NCBI GenBank assembly: GCA_963837475.1
Contig: CAWIND010000003.1
Location: 524,361 to 588,360, forward strand
From: an uncultured Pseudomonadota bacterium
GTDB taxonomy: Bacteria > Pseudomonadota > Alphaproteobacteria > Caulobacterales > Aquidulcibacteraceae
Direction of reading: 5' to 3'
Length of the DNA: 64,000 nt
Position numbers and translations under genes: made by a program. Under the pieces are notes generated by a model. It searched no databases, was not told where the DNA came from, and saw only the letters and a list, made by a program, of their open reading frames with translations. How positions within the stretch are numbered: the stretch's first letter is position 1; each line of letters starts with the position of its first letter. This document shows positions 60,982 to 64,000 of this stretch, piece by piece.

Positions 60982-62202
60982 ATGAACAAAAAGTCAATCG
61001 CCCCCCCGGTGAGCGCCGTGTATGTCCGCCAAGCTACGCGGCAGGTTGTTCCTGAAGCGAAATATTGGCGGTCGCGGCGGTTTGCTTGGCGGTTATCTGT
61101 GCCAAAACTGCACGCAATTAAGCGGGGCTTAATGCATTTGTCGTTGTTCTGGCGTCGACTGGCTGTCTTTGCGGGCGAAATTCGGACCCAAGTGATGGTG
61201 GAGATCGAACGGAACCCCCTGGCCGTGCGCCAGGGCGCAGCGACGATCATGTGCTTGGCGGCGGCAGCCGTCGCCATGCCTGTGATCTCGTATCGCGCTG
61301 CCGAACAGCGTGAAGGCGCTGAATGGACGGCTACGTCCACCGCCTTCCGGCAAGCCTTCCAGCAGAACTTGCTGCAGCAAACCGATCCCAATGCCCGCGT
61401 AGAACTGACGTCGCTGCGCACCAATGGCGATGGTCTGCGCGCCCGCGGCACGGCCACCCTGTTCGACAGCGCCGACGCCCGTGCGCTTCTGGTTTCAGCA
61501 GTGCTGCGCGGCCCGTCCGCGCCACAGCCGGCGACGCCGGTTCAACCCTCGATCAACGTGCGCGAGCACAACTGCCTCTCCGAGGCGATTTACTACGAAG
61601 CGCGCGGCGAGACCCAACAGGGTCAGGTCGCGGTCGCCGAAGTGATCATGAACCGGGTGCACTCGCCATTTTATCCAAAATCGGTCTGCGCGGTGGTCTA
61701 TCAGGGCTCTGACCGCGACACGGGCTGCCAGTTCACTTTCACCTGCGATGGATCGCTGAGCGCGCATCCGCGTGGGCGCGCCTGGATCCAAGCCCAGCGT
61801 CTGGCGACCGCGGTGATGAGCGGCTACACCCGCCCGATCACCCAGCACGCCACCCATTATCACACCAATGCGGTCGATCCCCGTTGGTCGTCGATGCTGA
61901 TCGAGACGACGACGATCGGCAGCCATGTCTTCTACCGCATGCCGAATGCGGCTGAGCGCGCTGAGCTGATGGACGCTACCCAGCGCCGTCACTGGGTTGC
62001 GCCGGGCGCGCGTCCGGAAGCAGAGACGCTGATCCCGCCAGCCGATCAGGCCGCGGTCGACGCAGCCGCCGCCGCCAACGACAATGCCAACGACAATGAA
62101 CGCGCAGCGCCTGCTCAACCGGAGCCAGCCGCTCAGCCCACGACGGCGACGTCGAGTGAGCATACGGCCCAAGCCGAACACGCCGACGGCAGCGCGGTTT
62201 AA
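60982..62202 (+). CDS. Cell wall hydrolase (SleB/Hydrolase_2 family); start uncertain
   Basis: CLSEAIYYEARGE, VAEVIMNRV, CQFTFTCDG, ATHYH, IGSHVFY. Confidence 0.9.
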   Translation: MNKKSIAPPVSAVYVRQATRQVVPEAKYWRSRRFAWRLSVPKLHAIKRGLMHLSLFWRRLAVFAGEIRTQVMVEIERNPLAVRQGAATIMCLAAAAVAMPVISYRAAEQREGAEWTATSTAFRQAFQQNLLQQTDPNARVELTSLRTNGDGLRARGTATLFDSADARALLVSAVLRGPSAPQPATPVQPSINVREHNCLSEAIYYEARGETQQGQVAVAEVIMNRVHSPFYPKSVCAVVYQGSDRDTGCQFTFTCDGSLSAHPRGRAWIQAQRLATAVMSGYTRPITQHATHYHTNAVDPRWSSMLIETTTIGSHVFYRMPNAAERAELMDATQRRHWVAPGARPEAETLIPPADQAAVDAAAAANDNANDNERAAPAQPEPAAQPTTATSSEHTAQAEHADGSAV

Positions 62203-62208
62203 AACGCC

Positions 62209-63018
62209 TCAAGCGTCTGTACTGAAGTTCTTGGCAATCTGTTTGCGCATGACGCCAGGAAAGAAGCGCGCAAAGAAGCGTGCGCGTTCTGCCTCTTTGC
62301 CGACCATATAGTGGATGTCGGTTCCGTGCGCTGCATCCCAGGCGCGTTCAGCGGCCATGCTCACCGGATAGATCGGGGTTTTGTTCTCAACCAGTGCATC
62401 GCGAACGGTGCGGTTCGATTCTGTTGCCGCCAGCCCGTCGAGAATGGCGGTGTCGATAAACCAGGGCATCAGGCTCACCACGCGAATGCCGAAGCGGGAG
62501 AACTCCACATCGAGCGCTTCAGTAAGTCCGCGCACGCCGAACTTGGTTGCGCAATAGACTGCAAGCCGCGGCGCGCCGAAGACGCCAGCAACGGAAGCGG
62601 TGTTGACGATGCGCGCGCCCGGCGTTTCGCGCAGCAGCGGCAGTGCTGCGTTCACGCCATTGATCACGCCCTTCAAGTTGACATCGAGCACAAGGTCGAT
62701 GTCGTCGCCTTGCATCTCTTCGATGAAGCCGCCTTTGCCGACGCCGGCATTGTTGAAGAGCACATGCATGCGCCGGTTGGTGGCTTGCCCAAACGCATCG
62801 ACTGCGCGCGCCCAGCCGCTGCGATCGCGAACATCGAATGCCATCGAAATGCGCTGACCTTCAGGCAGCATCGCGGCGGTTTCTTCAAGGCCCTTCGGGT
62901 TTACATCGAAGAGGCCGACAAACCAGCCGCGCTGCGCGAAGAGTTGTGCTGTGGCGCGCCCGATGCCTGAGCCTGCGCCGGTGACGAAAATGGTTTTCTG
63001 TGCGTCTTGAGCAGTCAT
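62209..63018 (-). CDS. Short-chain dehydrogenase/reductase
   Basis: TGAGSGIG, NNAG, YCATK. Confidence 0.93.
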   Translation of the reverse strand: MTAQDAQKTIFVTGAGSGIGRATAQLFAQRGWFVGLFDVNPKGLEETAAMLPEGQRISMAFDVRDRSGWARAVDAFGQATNRRMHVLFNNAGVGKGGFIEEMQGDDIDLVLDVNLKGVINGVNAALPLLRETPGARIVNTASVAGVFGAPRLAVYCATKFGVRGLTEALDVEFSRFGIRVVSLMPWFIDTAILDGLAATESNRTVRDALVENKTPIYPVSMAAERAWDAAHGTDIHYMVGKEAERARFFARFFPGVMRKQIAKNFSTDA

Positions 63019-63049
63019 CCGCTCGTCGTCCGACGCGGGGCGTGTTTCG

Positions 63050-64000
63050 TCAAGCGTGCCGCAACGTTCGACGCAGCGCCGCGGGCGGGGCGCCGTAGAG
63101 GCGCGTGAAGGCGCGCCGCATGCGCTCAGCATCGCCGAAACCGGTCTTGCGGGCGATCTCCTGGATTTGTCCGCCGCGCTCGAGCGCCGCGCGCGCTGCG
63201 TCCGCCCGCAAGCGCTCCACCGCTTTTGCCGGCGTCACGCCGGTTTCGTCGGCGTAGAGGCGCGCGAAATTGCGCTCGCTCATGCCGGCTTCAGAGGCGA
63301 GGCGCTCCACGCTCAAATCCTCGCTGAGGTGCTCGCGCATCCATGCGTTCAGCTTGGCGAAGCGTTCGCTCTCGGCGCCGAGATCGAGCAGGGCGGAGTG
63401 CTGGGCCTGACCGCCGGGGCGCTTGGCATAGACCACCATTTCGCGCGCGACCGCGGTTGCCGCCGCTTCGCCCAAATCTTCGCCAATCATTGCGAGTGCG
63501 AGATCGATGCCGGCGGTGACGCCCGCCGACGTCCAGATTTTTCCTTCCCGCACGTGAATGCGATCCGGTTCGACTTGCAATTTGGGAAAGAGCCGCGCCA
63601 GGCGCGGCGCCTGGCGCCAGTGCGTGGTCGCGCGCTTGCCATCGAGCAGGCCGGCCGCGGCGAGCACAAAAGCCCCCGAACACACGCTCGCCATCCGGCG
63701 TACGCGCGGATAGATGCGCTTCAGAGCGGCGATGAGTGCGGCGTCGGCCATTGCAGCGGGCGTGCCTTGACCGCCGGTGACGATGAGCGTGTCCACGTCG
63801 CGCAAGCGGGTGAGCATTTCCGCAGGCATGGAAACGCCAGAGGAAGAGCCAACCAATGCGCCCTTGGCGGCGACGACACGCAGCCGATAGAAGCTGGCCG
63901 AAACGCGCGTGGCGATTTCGAAGGCCGCAAGAGGCCCGGCGACGTCCAGGATCTGGAAATTCGGGAAGATAACGAAGGCGATTGTGCGCGAGGCTGGCGG
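63050..64000 (-). CDS. GlxA-family AraC regulator with DJ-1/PfpI domain; 5' end outside the window
   Basis: FQILDVAGP, SVCSGAF, TSAGVTAGID, GFGDAERMRRAF; frame open to the window edge. Confidence 0.92.
   Translation of the reverse strand, partial: PPASRTIAFVIFPNFQILDVAGPLAAFEIATRVSASFYRLRVVAAKGALVGSSSGVSMPAEMLTRLRDVDTLIVTGGQGTPAAMADAALIAALKRIYPRVRRMASVCSGAFVLAAAGLLDGKRATTHWRQAPRLARLFPKLQVEPDRIHVREGKIWTSAGVTAGIDLALAMIGEDLGEAAATAVAREMVVYAKRPGGQAQHSALLDLGAESERFAKLNAWMREHLSEDLSVERLASEAGMSERNFARLYADETGVTPAKAVERLRADAARAALERGGQIQEIARKTGFGDAERMRRAFTRLYGAPPAALRRTLRHA

Overview
GC-rich alphaproteobacterial chromosome segment. The ccrM, smc-dsbA-dciA-mutY and glyQ-glyS-ppdK-sleB gene orders and the many short secreted proteins point to Caulobacterales/Hyphomonadaceae (inference). 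Positions 1 to about 21.4 kb look like the right part of an integrative conjugative element (ICE). It carries an XRE regulator, signalling cargo, a thermonuclease, a traG-copG-trbBCDEJLFGI P-type T4SS interrupted by an antisense BrnT/XRE toxin-antitoxin pair, and an AraC plus FAD oxidoreductase pair. It ends in a frameshifted N-terminal fragment of a tyrosine integrase divergent from dusA, the layout of dusA-associated integrative elements. From about 21.4 kb onward the DNA is mostly core chromosome: dusA, acyl-CoA dehydrogenases, arylsulfatase, an ECF sigma cluster, ada/alkA-ogt, smc, two dsbA, mutY, ccrM, rnhB, glyQS, ppdK and sleB. About ten genes, including glyS and smc, are split by small indels, so many frameshifts are probably sequencing or assembly errors. 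No rRNA, tRNA or CRISPR array was recognised. The best leads are the decayed dusA-ICE junction, the TA with a palindromic operator, unannotated 33-aa peptides with structured RNA, several candidate cis-regulatory RNAs, a paralogous secreted protein family, and an XRE operon with three operators and a relic coupling mini-ORF.
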